Part shown: piece by piece, positions 48,411 through 57,430 of the stretch
Layout: the number at the start of each line of letters is the position of its first letter
Position numbering within the stretch: the first letter of the stretch is position 1
Assembly: GCA_963713975.1 (NCBI GenBank)
Contig: OY970218.1
Span: 3,008,001-3,072,000, forward strand
DNA length: 64,000 nt
DNA from: an uncultured Chloroflexia bacterium
GTDB lineage: Bacteria; Chloroflexota; Limnocylindria; Limnocylindrales; CSP1-4
Reading direction: 5' to 3'
Notes under the pieces: generated by a model
What the model saw: the letters and a program-made list of their open reading frames with translations, nothing else
Database searches by the model: none
Told to the model about the DNA's origin: nothing
Program-made: the position numbers and the translations under genes

Positions 48411-49766
48411 ATGACCGCCGCTACCGCTCCCGCCCCCGCACCCCCGGCAGGGCGCGGTCGTCACCTGCTCACCCGGTTCGTCCTCTCACCGGTCGACCCC
48501 GCGACATGGCGCGCGGTGTTCGCCATCGGGATCGGCATCATCACGACCACCGTGGCCGTGTCCGTGGTCACCGGGCTGTTCTCGACCGGCGGGTCCCTGC
48601 TCCTGTTCCTCGTGGGCTTCCCGATCGTTGCCCTGGGCATCGAGGCCGCCCGCATCGCGGCTGTGGTCGAGCGCTGGCGGATGACGGTTGTGGACGACCG
48701 GGCCCTCATCCCCCACCCGTACAAGACGGCCGACCTCCGCCCGAGCGAGCCCTACGGTCCGTGGCTCCGCGGCGTCGCCGAGGCCGCCTTCTTCGACACC
48801 AGTCGCTGGCTGGACGTCGTCTACCTCCTGGTCGCGCTCCCCCTCGCGTTCCTGGAATTCATGGTCGCGGTCACGCTGTGGACGACGTCGGTGCTGCTGC
48901 TGCTCGCGCCGCTGCTGCTCGTGATCCCTCAGCAACCCGAGGTTGTCGCCGCCTTCGACCGGAACGGCATGTCGGCCGGCACCGTGATTGGGATCGCGTT
49001 CACGATCGGCCTCCTGCTCCTTCCGGTCGCCGCGTCCGTCACCCGCGGCATGGCCATCCTCCACCGCGCGGTGGTCGAGGGCCTGCTGTGCATCAGCCCG
49101 GCCGATGCGCTGCGGCGCGACAACGAGCGCCTCCGGGGCAGCCGCTCTGCCGCCATCGAGCTCGAGGCCAGTGAGCTCCGGCGCATCGAGCGGGACCTGC
49201 ACGACGGCGCGCAGCAGCGGCTGGTGATGCTGGCCATCGACCTGACGCTTGCCGAGGACAAGGTTGATTCCGACCCTGCGTCGGCCAAGGACCTGATCGC
49301 CGGCGCCCGCGACCAGGCGCGTCAGGCCCTCGCTGAGCTGCGCGACGTTGTCCGGGGTGCGGCGCCGGCCATCCTCGTCGACCGCGGGCTGGCCGCTGCC
49401 CTCAGCGCCGTCGCAGGCCGGAGCCCGATCCCGACCTTCCTCGACAGCGGGCTTGCCCCCGGGGAGCGGCTCCCCCACGGCGTCGAGCGTGCCGCGTACT
49501 ACGTCGTATCCGAGGCCCTGGCCAACATCGCCAAGCACGCCGAAGCGACCCGCTGTGACGTGTTCCTTCGCCGTCAGCCCGGCTGGCTGCAGGTGGAGAT
49601 CCGCGACGACGGCCGTGGCGGCGCGTCGATCATGCCGGGCGGTGGGCTCGCCGGCCTGCGCGACCGCGTCGAAGCCCTTGATGGCCGCCTCGAGCTGATG
49701 AGCCCGGCTGGAGGACCCACGATGATCCGCGTCACCATGCCCGTTGGCGGGGTCCAGGGAGCCTGA
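48411..49766 (+). CDS. Membrane sensor histidine kinase (HisKA_3 type)
   Basis: TM sensor region, ERDLHDGAQQ, EALANIAKHA, DDGRGG, GLAGL motifs. Confidence 0.93.
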   Translation: MTAATAPAPAPPAGRGRHLLTRFVLSPVDPATWRAVFAIGIGIITTTVAVSVVTGLFSTGGSLLLFLVGFPIVALGIEAARIAAVVERWRMTVVDDRALIPHPYKTADLRPSEPYGPWLRGVAEAAFFDTSRWLDVVYLLVALPLAFLEFMVAVTLWTTSVLLLLAPLLLVIPQQPEVVAAFDRNGMSAGTVIGIAFTIGLLLLPVAASVTRGMAILHRAVVEGLLCISPADALRRDNERLRGSRSAAIELEASELRRIERDLHDGAQQRLVMLAIDLTLAEDKVDSDPASAKDLIAGARDQARQALAELRDVVRGAAPAILVDRGLAAALSAVAGRSPIPTFLDSGLAPGERLPHGVERAAYYVVSEALANIAKHAEATRCDVFLRRQPGWLQVEIRDDGRGGASIMPGGGLAGLRDRVEALDGRLELMSPAGGPTMIRVTMPVGGVQGA

Positions 49767-49787
49767 GCCACCCGCTCGCCGAGGCGG

Positions 49788-49810
49788 TACACTCTCGAAC
49801 AGGCGTTCGA
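49788..49810 (+). promoter_or_regulatory. -10 element and LexA (SOS) box
   Basis: TACACT at 49788-49793 followed by the perfect palindrome TCGAAC-AGGC-GTTCGA at 49795-49810. Confidence 0.82.
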
Positions 49811-49822
49811 TAGTGGAGGCGG

Positions 49823-50029
49823 ATGATGGCCGACTGGATCGTGGACATCTCGACGGACCCCCGGCGCTATCCGGTCGTGAATCACCGTCACGTGAACGGG
49901 ACGCTGCACGCGGAGCGGGACAGGACACCCTCGGTCACCCTGGATCACGACGGACGCCGGGTGGAGCACTGGACGTATGCGTGTGCCTGCGGCGAGGTCT
50001 ACGCGTGGGACCGCCGAACGTCCGCGTGA
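49823..50029 (+). CDS. Small hypothetical protein (67-68 aa) with HxH and CxC motifs
   Basis: GGAGG at 49815-49819; ATG at 49823 or 49826; own promoter with SOS box. Confidence 0.75.
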   Translation: MMADWIVDISTDPRRYPVVNHRHVNGTLHAERDRTPSVTLDHDGRRVEHWTYACACGEVYAWDRRTSA

Positions 50030-50065
50030 GGACGGGGCCGCGCCCGCCGTCTCCGCGGGCCGTGG

Positions 50066-50482
50066 TCAGTCCCCGGCGTCCCGCATCCGCGGGCTCTCCT
50101 GGACGGACCACCCGTTGCCGTCGGGGTCGTTGAAGAAGAAGAACATGTTCCAGTCGTCACCCTTGCCGTCAACGAACCCCGCGCCGTCGTGGTGCTGGAT
50201 CGGCGTGACCGTCACGCCGCGTCCCGCCAGGAGCACATGGGCGGCCTCGATGTCGGCAACGCTGAGCTGCAGCCCCTTGAGGCTGCCCGGCACCATGTCC
50301 GTCAAACCCGTCCCGATCGTGACCGAGCAGCCGGAGCCCTCCGGCGTCATCTGGACCACGCGGAACTGCTCACTGGGAGCGTGGTCCACGTCGACCGGGA
50401 ACCCCAGCTGGTCCGCGTAGAACGCCTTGGCCCGGTCCACATCGGCTACCGGCACCACGACGACCTCGAGCTTGAACTTCAT
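50066..50482 (-). CDS. VOC (glyoxalase) family protein
   Basis: PVADVDRAKAFY, QMTPEGSGCS, FNDPDGNGW motifs. Confidence 0.9.
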   Translation of the reverse strand: MKFKLEVVVVPVADVDRAKAFYADQLGFPVDVDHAPSEQFRVVQMTPEGSGCSVTIGTGLTDMVPGSLKGLQLSVADIEAAHVLLAGRGVTVTPIQHHDGAGFVDGKGDDWNMFFFFNDPDGNGWSVQESPRMRDAGD

Positions 50483-50507
50483 GACGCGCTCCTCCGCGGC
50501 GACCGGA

Positions 50508-50990
50508 TCAGGCCTGGATGCGGGCGACCAGCTCGTCCAGCCGCTCGAAGCCCTCGGTGACACCGCCTTCCATGCCGCTCGCGATCATCGCGTCGCGGCC
50601 TTCGACGGTCTGGTGCACCGAGCTCGTCCGGATCAGCGTCCGGCCACCCCGGTCCTCGAGCACGAGCGTGTCGAGCGAGACGTGGCCCGGTGCCCCCTCG
50701 AACTCGAAGGTCTGGGTGACGCCGTCGGGCGAGGGCTCGCCGTGGAACACACCGCGGAACCCGTACTCGGTGCCATCGGTGTCGATGTGCACGTAGCGCC
50801 AGGCCCCGCCATGGCGGACGTCCCACTGCTCGACGCGCATCGTCAGGCGCCGCGGTCCCAGCCACTGCGCAAGGAGCTCAGGCTCGGTGTAGGCGCGGTA
50901 CACGAGCTCGCGCGGGGCAGCCACCTCTCGCTCGAAGGTCAGGAGCGGTGTGCCGGGCTCGGCGGCGAGGCGCAATGCGGTCGTGGTCAC
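50508..50990 (-). CDS. SRPBCC/AHSA1 family protein
   Basis: APRELVYRAYTEPELLAQWLGP, GGAWRY, GMEGG...ERLDEL motifs. Confidence 0.9.
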   Translation of the reverse strand: MTTTALRLAAEPGTPLLTFEREVAAPRELVYRAYTEPELLAQWLGPRRLTMRVEQWDVRHGGAWRYVHIDTDGTEYGFRGVFHGEPSPDGVTQTFEFEGAPGHVSLDTLVLEDRGGRTLIRTSSVHQTVEGRDAMIASGMEGGVTEGFERLDELVARIQA

Positions 50991-51361
50991 GGGACGCTTC
51001 CTTCCTGTGTGTCGGTTCGGGGATCGTCCCCGGTCGGTCCGGCCTGGATGGCCGCGAGGAGCTCGTCGAGGCGGTCGAAACTCTCCTCCCAATACTCCCG
51101 GTAGCGCTCCAGCCACGCCGTGGCATCGCGCAGCGGCTCCGCCCGGAGGTGGCTGAGGCGGGTCGTCGCCCGCCGGCTCCGCGTGATGAGGCCCGCCTTC
51201 TCCAGCACCCGCAGGTGCTTGGAGATCGCCGGCTGCGAGATGGAGAACGGGGCCGCGAGCTCCCCTACCGTCCGGTCGCCCTGCGCCAGGCTCGCGAGGA
51301 TGGCACGACGCGTGGGATCCGCGAGGGCTCCGAACACGGTGCTGAGGTGGTCGATCTGCAT
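50987..51361 (-). CDS. ArsR/SmtB family transcriptional regulator
   Basis: FGALADPTRRAIL, SQPAISKHLRVLEKAGL motifs. Confidence 0.93.
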   Translation of the reverse strand: MQIDHLSTVFGALADPTRRAILASLAQGDRTVGELAAPFSISQPAISKHLRVLEKAGLITRSRRATTRLSHLRAEPLRDATAWLERYREYWEESFDRLDELLAAIQAGPTGDDPRTDTQEGSVP

Positions 51362-51363
51362 CT

Positions 51364-51421
51364 ATAACCGCTCGGTTATGTAGTGGTCCGCCATTGAACG
51401 CCGGATCGGCAGCGCTGTCAA
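51364..51421 (-). promoter_or_regulatory. ArsR operon promoter and operator
   Basis: Inverted repeat ATAACCG-ct-CGGTTAT at 51364-51379; minus-strand TTGACA at 51416-51421 and TTCAAT at 51393-51398, 17-bp spacing. Confidence 0.72.
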
Positions 51422-51463
51422 GCCGGCCGTGCCCGCTGTTGATGATCGGGGGCCGGCGCCCGG

Positions 51464-52765
51464 TCAGGGCAGCGCGTCACCCGCCACGAATCGGTCCATC
51501 AGCTCGGTGTACCCGGGCAGGCCGCGGTCGTAGCCAATGGCCCAGAACCCTGCGCCCGCCAGGCCTCGCTCGTTCGCCAGCGCAAGCTTGGGTGCAAGGG
51601 TCGCAGGCGAATCCACATACACCGCCGTCCACGTCGGCGCCGCGGTTGCGGTCGGGCCCGGCGTCTCCCCGGCGACCGGGGCCGACGTCGACGCGCCGGT
51701 AGCGGCGCTAGGCGACGGCGCGCCGACCATCCCGTCCGACGCCGATAGGTAGACCTCCACCTGCTCGATCTCGTCCCGCAGCGGCACGATCGACGGGTCG
51801 CTGAGCAGGTCGACGTGGCTGCGCGGGAACCATGCCCTGCCCCTCCCCGTCGATGGCGCCCCGATGGCAGGCCCGGCGACCGGCCACTCGACGCCGTAGA
51901 GGGGCAGGCCCAACAGCAGACTCTCGGGTGGCACGCCCAATGCCTGGTACAGGTCGAGCGAGGTCCTGAGGGACTGCCGGCCTCCGTCGCTGCGGTCGAG
52001 CGGGGACGAGGCCCCGGGCTGGGACCGTCCCGTGCGGTAGTCGTAGCCCATGAGGAAGATGCGGTCCGCCCCAGCGGTGGCTGCGGCCGCCGCCATCGCG
52101 GCACCCAGAGAGTTGGCGGCCGTCGATACGGACACCTGGTCGGCTGGATCGGCGGCCACCACGGCGGCCCGCAGGTTCGTGATGAACGTTGCGTAGGCGG
52201 GCACGAGCAGCGGATCGAGGCTCTCGATGTCCACGTTGATGCCATCGATCCGGAGATCGCCGACGGCGGCCACGAGCGAGGCGATGACCTTCGCCTGGAG
52301 CTCCGGGCTCTCGAGCAACTTCCGGTTCCGGGCAGACCCGAAGCTCGTGTAGACCAGCTCGACCGCCGTGCCGCGAGCCTGTGCGTCGCGGATCAGGCCG
52401 CGCCCGGCATCTCCCGTGATGGTCGTGTAGCCGCGCTGGTTCGTGTTCAGCGCGCCCTTGGCCGTGTGAGTGACACTGAACATGGCCAGGGTCGTGAGCG
52501 GCGTTCCGGCCACGTGGTCCGCGATGCCGTCGGCACCCATCTCCCAGTACGGGAGGAAGCCGTACAGCTCGTGGCCGGGCGCAGCGACGGGGGCGGGTGT
52601 GGTGGCGGTGGCCCCAGGGGTCTCCACCGACGGCGCCCCTGTCGCGTCCACGGCGGCCGGCTGCGTCGCGAGCGGCGCCGACGTGACCTTTGGTGCGGGC
52701 TCACACGCTGACACGGCGATCAGCAACAGGATCGCGACCGCACTCCAGGCCCGGCTCCGCGTCAT
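51464..52765 (-). CDS. GH18 family glycoside hydrolase lipoprotein
   Basis: VSAC lipobox, YGFLPYW, DGINVDIE catalytic motif, LMGYD, LGLPLYG, GAGFWAIG motifs. Confidence 0.85.
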   Translation of the reverse strand: MTRSRAWSAVAILLLIAVSACEPAPKVTSAPLATQPAAVDATGAPSVETPGATATTPAPVAAPGHELYGFLPYWEMGADGIADHVAGTPLTTLAMFSVTHTAKGALNTNQRGYTTITGDAGRGLIRDAQARGTAVELVYTSFGSARNRKLLESPELQAKVIASLVAAVGDLRIDGINVDIESLDPLLVPAYATFITNLRAAVVAADPADQVSVSTAANSLGAAMAAAAATAGADRIFLMGYDYRTGRSQPGASSPLDRSDGGRQSLRTSLDLYQALGVPPESLLLGLPLYGVEWPVAGPAIGAPSTGRGRAWFPRSHVDLLSDPSIVPLRDEIEQVEVYLSASDGMVGAPSPSAATGASTSAPVAGETPGPTATAAPTWTAVYVDSPATLAPKLALANERGLAGAGFWAIGYDRGLPGYTELMDRFVAGDALP

Positions 52766-54603
52766 CCGCGCGCCGCCGACAGGATGGCTGCCTGCACGTC
52801 GCCCGCCTCGAACTGGAGCCGGTAGAACCGCGCGTACAGCCCGTCGCGGGCCAGCAGGTCGTCATGGGTGCCCAGCTCCACCAGCCAGCCATCGTCGAGC
52901 ACGGCGATCCGGTCTGCCGAACGGATGGTGGACAGGCGATGGGCGACGATGATCGTCGTTCGCCCCACCTGGAGCCGCTCGAGCGCGTCCTGGACCAGTC
53001 GCTCCGACTCGTTGTCGAGGGAGCTGGTGGCCTCGTCGAGCAGCAGGATGGGCGGGTCCTTGAGGATCGCCCTCGCGATCGCGATCCGTTGGCGCTGCCC
53101 GCCCGAGAGCCGCGAGCCGCGATCACCCACCGGCGTGCCGTATCCCTCAGGAAGCGCAGTGATGAAGTCGTCGGCGTTGGCCAGCCGGGCGGCCGCGCGG
53201 ATCTCGTCGTCGGTCGCATCGAGGCGCCCGTACCGGATGTTGTCCAACACACTGCCGCCGAACAGGACCGCCTCCTGGGGCACGAGGCCGATCTGCTCGC
53301 GCAGGCTCTGCGTGGTCACCCCGCGGACGTCGTGCCCGTCCACCCGGATGGTTCCGGCCGTCACGTCCCACAGGCGCGGGATGAGGCCCACGAGGGTCGT
53401 CTTGCCGGATCCCGACGGTCCGACGAGCGCCATGACCTCGCCGGGCCTGATCTCCAGCGTGACCTCGCGCAGCACGTCCGTCCTCCCGTCGTAGGCGAAC
53501 GACACGTGCTCGATGGAGACCGAGCCTCCGACCCTGCCGATCGCGGGCGTCCCGGGCGCGTCCTGGATGGTCGGCTCGGTGTCCAGGATCTCGAACACCC
53601 GCGTCACGGCACCCGTGCCCTCGCGGAACTGGCCGTAGAGGCTGGCAATGGTGGCCAGGCTCGCCCCGATCGTCACCCCGTAGAGCAGGAAGCCGGTCAG
53701 CGTCCCGATCCCCAGGTTGCCGTCGATGACCTGGTGGCCGGTGTACCACAGCAGCCCGGCGATCGCGACGAAGCCCAGGAACCCCATCAGCGCGCCGAAG
53801 GAAGCCCGCCACAGGGCGAGCCGCGAGCCGGAGCCGACGACCCCCGCCAGGTCGGTGCCGTAGCGCTCCTGCTCGAACCCCTCGCGAACGTAGCTCTTCA
53901 CCACGCGGATCCCGCCCAGAGCCTCCTCGGCGGTGACGGTGCTGTGCGCGATGGCGTCCTGGACCTCGGTGCTGACGCGCTGGAGCGGCCGTCCGAAGAG
54001 AACCGCGACCACGATCAGGGCCGGGGCGAGCAGCAGGGCGACCAGGAGCAGGGTCGGGCTCAAGGTGAACAGGATGAGCACGGACCCCACGAGCCCGATG
54101 AGGTTGGACAGCAGCGACGTCGTCGTCTGGGTCAGCATCACGCGGATGAGCATCACGTCGCTGGACAATCGGGAGACCAGCTCCCCGACGCGACTGCGCG
54201 AGTGGAAGTCGAGCGACAGCGTGACCAGGCGCCCGAACAGCTGGCCGCGCATCTGGGCCACGATCCGCTCCCCCACCACGCCCAGGAAGTAGGTCTGAAT
54301 GAAGCCACCCAGGGCCTGCGCCAGGAACAGGACCACGAGGCCGATGATCAGCCGGTCAAGGCCGGCGGAGTCTCCGCCGGCGACGACGGCGGTCACGAGT
54401 CCCGCAACCACGAGTGGCACGAGGAGCGCCAGGCCGGACCCGAGCAGCAGCCCGCCGATCGCCACCGAGAACGGGAACAGGTGTGGGCGCAGGTAGCCGA
54501 ACAGGCGCCGCCACGGGACGCCGCTCACGACCCGGATACGCCGCACGACCTCGCCGGGCGGTTGCGCAGCAGGGGTCGTCGAGGGATCCATCCTCGCGAT
54601 CAT
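52762..54603 (-). CDS. ABC exporter, fused TMD + ATPase
   Basis: TM domain, GPSGSGKT, LSGGQRQR, LLDEATSSLD, AHRLST motifs. Confidence 0.95.
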   Translation of the reverse strand: MIARMDPSTTPAAQPPGEVVRRIRVVSGVPWRRLFGYLRPHLFPFSVAIGGLLLGSGLALLVPLVVAGLVTAVVAGGDSAGLDRLIIGLVVLFLAQALGGFIQTYFLGVVGERIVAQMRGQLFGRLVTLSLDFHSRSRVGELVSRLSSDVMLIRVMLTQTTTSLLSNLIGLVGSVLILFTLSPTLLLVALLLAPALIVVAVLFGRPLQRVSTEVQDAIAHSTVTAEEALGGIRVVKSYVREGFEQERYGTDLAGVVGSGSRLALWRASFGALMGFLGFVAIAGLLWYTGHQVIDGNLGIGTLTGFLLYGVTIGASLATIASLYGQFREGTGAVTRVFEILDTEPTIQDAPGTPAIGRVGGSVSIEHVSFAYDGRTDVLREVTLEIRPGEVMALVGPSGSGKTTLVGLIPRLWDVTAGTIRVDGHDVRGVTTQSLREQIGLVPQEAVLFGGSVLDNIRYGRLDATDDEIRAAARLANADDFITALPEGYGTPVGDRGSRLSGGQRQRIAIARAILKDPPILLLDEATSSLDNESERLVQDALERLQVGRTTIIVAHRLSTIRSADRIAVLDDGWLVELGTHDDLLARDGLYARFYRLQFEAGDVQAAILSAARG

Positions 54604-54627
54604 GCCACGGGGCGGTGGTCGTGGCCC

Positions 54628-55599
54628 TCAGCGGTGGATCGAGGCGCGGATGGCGGCGGCACCGGCCGGGTCCGCGAACGATGCCTGCGTCCCCTGGCGT
54701 GTCACGCTGTCGGCTGCGAAGGCACAGCCCAGGCGGGCCGCGTCAACGGGATCCCAGCCCTCGGCCAGGCCCACCGCGAACGCGCCGACGAACGCGTCCC
54801 CGGCGCCCGTGGTGTCCACCGCCTTCACCACCGGCGGGGCGATGCGGCTGATCGATCCGCCACGGGGCAGCACGGCCGCGCCCCGCTCGCCGAGGGTGAC
54901 CACGAGGGACAGGCCCAGGCGGTTCGCGAGCGCGGCGACCTGGACATCTTCCGCGTCGGGGTCCCCGGAAAGCGCTCCCCCGCCCAGCAGCACGAACTCG
55001 TGCTCATTGGGAACCAGCCAGTCCGAGACGGCGAGCAGCCCCGGATCGAGGTCCGCCGCCGGTGCCGGATTGAGCACCGTGATCGCCCCTGCGGCCCGCG
55101 CTGCCGCGAAGGCGGCCGTCGTCGCGTCCTGGGGGATCTCGAGCTGGCCGACCACGACCGCGGGCCGGACGTCCTCGACGGCCTGGACGCCGAGCCCCGG
55201 TGGGACCTGGAGGTTCGCCCCGGGCACGATGATGATCCGGTTCATCCCCTCGCCGTCCACCCAGATGGGCGCCACGCCGGACGAGCCCGGCACACGTCGC
55301 ACGTAGGTCGTGTCCACCCCCTGGGCGGCGAAGTTGGCCAGGTACTCCGCCCCGTACGAGTCCTCCCCGACGGTGTTCACCATCGTCACGCGTGCACCGA
55401 ACCGGGCGGCGGCCACGGCCTGGTTCGCGCCCTTGCCCCCGAACCCCATGCGGAACCGAGTCCCGACCAGGGTCTCGCCAGCACCGGGCAGGCGGTCCGC
55501 ATAGGCGATCAGGTCGATCATCGTGCTGCCGACGACGAGGATGCCGCGTTCGGACCGGGGCTCGGGCTCGGGTTCGGGCCGGGGTTCGGGTTCGGGCAC
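54628..55599 (-). CDS. rbsK: Ribokinase (PfkB family)
   Basis: GGKGANQAVAAAR, NPAPA, PNEHE, DTTGAGDAF motifs; (PE)n N-terminal repeat. Confidence 0.88.
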   Translation of the reverse strand: MPEPEPRPEPEPEPRSERGILVVGSTMIDLIAYADRLPGAGETLVGTRFRMGFGGKGANQAVAAARFGARVTMVNTVGEDSYGAEYLANFAAQGVDTTYVRRVPGSSGVAPIWVDGEGMNRIIIVPGANLQVPPGLGVQAVEDVRPAVVVGQLEIPQDATTAAFAAARAAGAITVLNPAPAADLDPGLLAVSDWLVPNEHEFVLLGGGALSGDPDAEDVQVAALANRLGLSLVVTLGERGAAVLPRGGSISRIAPPVVKAVDTTGAGDAFVGAFAVGLAEGWDPVDAARLGCAFAADSVTRQGTQASFADPAGAAAIRASIHR

Positions 55600-55685
55600 G
55601 GTTCACCTCCGTCATGCTGTGGCGCTCGTCGGGGCTATCGTCGCCTGCCGGGCCGGGACGCGCAGGCGCAACGCCCCCGCGAGCT

Positions 55686-56582
55686 TCAGACGCGGACGAG
55701 GGCGCGCAGGCCCGATGCCATCACCACCACAAGTGTCGCGGCCGCCACCACGACGATCGCGACGGCCACTACGGGCGGAACCACGGTGACGCCCGCCTGG
55801 TCCGCGCCCCACCTGGTCAGGGCCGTGGCCGCGCCCACGATCCCGGCGCAGATCGCCAGTCCCGTGGCCACGCGATCCACGGGCCGGTCCGCCACCCGCC
55901 GGTACGACGTCCGCGGCCCACTCCCCAGGCCACGCGCCTCGAGGCTGAGCACGAGCGTCGTCAGGCGGTCGAACGCACCGGCGACCACCGGCACCAGCGT
56001 GGGCGCCAGCGCTGCCAGGCCGCTCGCGCGGAGGCCCCGGGCCCGTTGCGCCTGGAGCACGTCGCGGAGCTCCTGCTGGAGTTGTGGGACGAGCTGCATC
56101 GAGAGCATCGCCATGAGCGACACCTCGTACGGGAGGTGCAGCTGGCGCAGCGACGCGAACAGGTCCGATGGGTGGGTCGTGGCCAGCATCACCACTGCGA
56201 TCGCCTCCATCGCGACCAGCCTCGCCACGAGCGCAAGCGCATGGGACAGGCCCTCCTGGTAGAGCGTCAGTGGTCCGATGGCCGCTGCCGTGGCGCACCC
56301 CTGGGCGCACGCTACCGGCGCCAGGGCCTGCAGGACAACGATCGATGCCCCGATGGGCGCGAGGGCGACCACGGTTCGCCATGCCCTTCGCCCGACGCCC
56401 GCGGAGGCAGCCAGGGCAAACCCGGCGGCAGCGACCACGACCAGCACCGGCAGCTCGTAGGTGAGCAGCACGACCAGGACCGTCGCGGCAAGCCAGGCGA
56501 GCTTCGGCACCGGGCTCATCCGGTGGAGCCACGAACCGCCGGGCACGTATGCGAGCAGGGACGGCGCTGCCATGGACGTCAC
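55686..56582 (-). CDS. ECF transporter transmembrane component (EcfT)
   Basis: SWLHRMSP, AQRARG and LEARG coupling motifs. Confidence 0.92.
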   Translation of the reverse strand: MTSMAAPSLLAYVPGGSWLHRMSPVPKLAWLAATVLVVLLTYELPVLVVVAAAGFALAASAGVGRRAWRTVVALAPIGASIVVLQALAPVACAQGCATAAAIGPLTLYQEGLSHALALVARLVAMEAIAVVMLATTHPSDLFASLRQLHLPYEVSLMAMLSMQLVPQLQQELRDVLQAQRARGLRASGLAALAPTLVPVVAGAFDRLTTLVLSLEARGLGSGPRTSYRRVADRPVDRVATGLAICAGIVGAATALTRWGADQAGVTVVPPVVAVAIVVVAAATLVVVMASGLRALVRV

Positions 56583-57430
56583 GGTGCCCGAGGTCCGGGT
56601 GGAGGGGTCGCCCGTAGCTCCGCGACGAGACCGGCGACCGTCAGCACGGGCGGGTGGCCCCGCAGACCCGGGATGGCCGCCCCGAAACGCGTCACCTGCG
56701 GCGCCAGCATGCCCGCCTCGGACAGCGCCTCGGGATCGGCGAACACCTCGGATGGCGTGCCGTCGGCGACGATCCGGCCGCGCGCCATGGCAAGGATCCG
56801 CCCCGAGACCGCGGCGAGGAACCGCATGTCGTGGGAGATGCAGACCACCGCCGCCCCGCCGTCGCGCAGGCCGACGACGAGGTCGGTGACCAGTGCCACG
56901 GTCCGGTGGTCCTGGCCCGTCGTCGGTTCGTCGAGGACGAGCACCCGCGGTTCCATCGCGACGACGGAGGCGATCGCCACCAGGCGGCGCCGCGGTGCCG
57001 GCAGCTCGAACGGCGACGTCCGGAGCACGGGGACGAGACCGAAGCGTCTCGCCGCGGCGTCCACGCGAGCCTCGATCTCATCGCGAGTGAGCCCGAGGTT
57101 GCGTGGCCCGAACGCCAGCTCCTCCGCCACGGTTCGCGCGAACAGCTGGGCACGAGGGTGCTGGAAGACCAGCCCGACTGTCCGCGCCAGCTCCCGGACA
57201 TCGTGCGTCCGCGTGTCGAGGCCGTCGACGGTCACGGTCCCGCCCGTCGGCTTCAGGAGCCCGTTGAGCAGTCGGGCGAGCGTCGACTTGCCCGCCCCGT
57301 TGCTGCCCGCGATCCCGATGACGTCACCGCCCCCGATGTCCAGCGAGACGCCGTCGAGGCCGACGATCCCGCCCGGATACCGATAGCTCGCGCCGTCGAC
57401 CCTGACGATCGGCCGTACGTCCCCCGTCAT
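56579..57430 (-). CDS. ECF transporter ATPase (second subunit, degenerate signature)
   Basis: GSNGAGKST, FQHP, LDEPTTGQD motifs; signature reads LPAPRRR instead of LSGG. Confidence 0.9.
   Translation of the reverse strand: MTGDVRPIVRVDGASYRYPGGIVGLDGVSLDIGGGDVIGIAGSNGAGKSTLARLLNGLLKPTGGTVTVDGLDTRTHDVRELARTVGLVFQHPRAQLFARTVAEELAFGPRNLGLTRDEIEARVDAAARRFGLVPVLRTSPFELPAPRRRLVAIASVVAMEPRVLVLDEPTTGQDHRTVALVTDLVVGLRDGGAAVVCISHDMRFLAAVSGRILAMARGRIVADGTPSEVFADPEALSEAGMLAPQVTRFGAAIPGLRGHPPVLTVAGLVAELRATPPPGPRAP

Noticed and set aside
55552-55599. 6-bp repeats encoding (PE)n at the ribokinase N-terminus, and PT/PK repeats at the PBP C-terminus
   Set aside because: Ordinary in-frame low-complexity linkers
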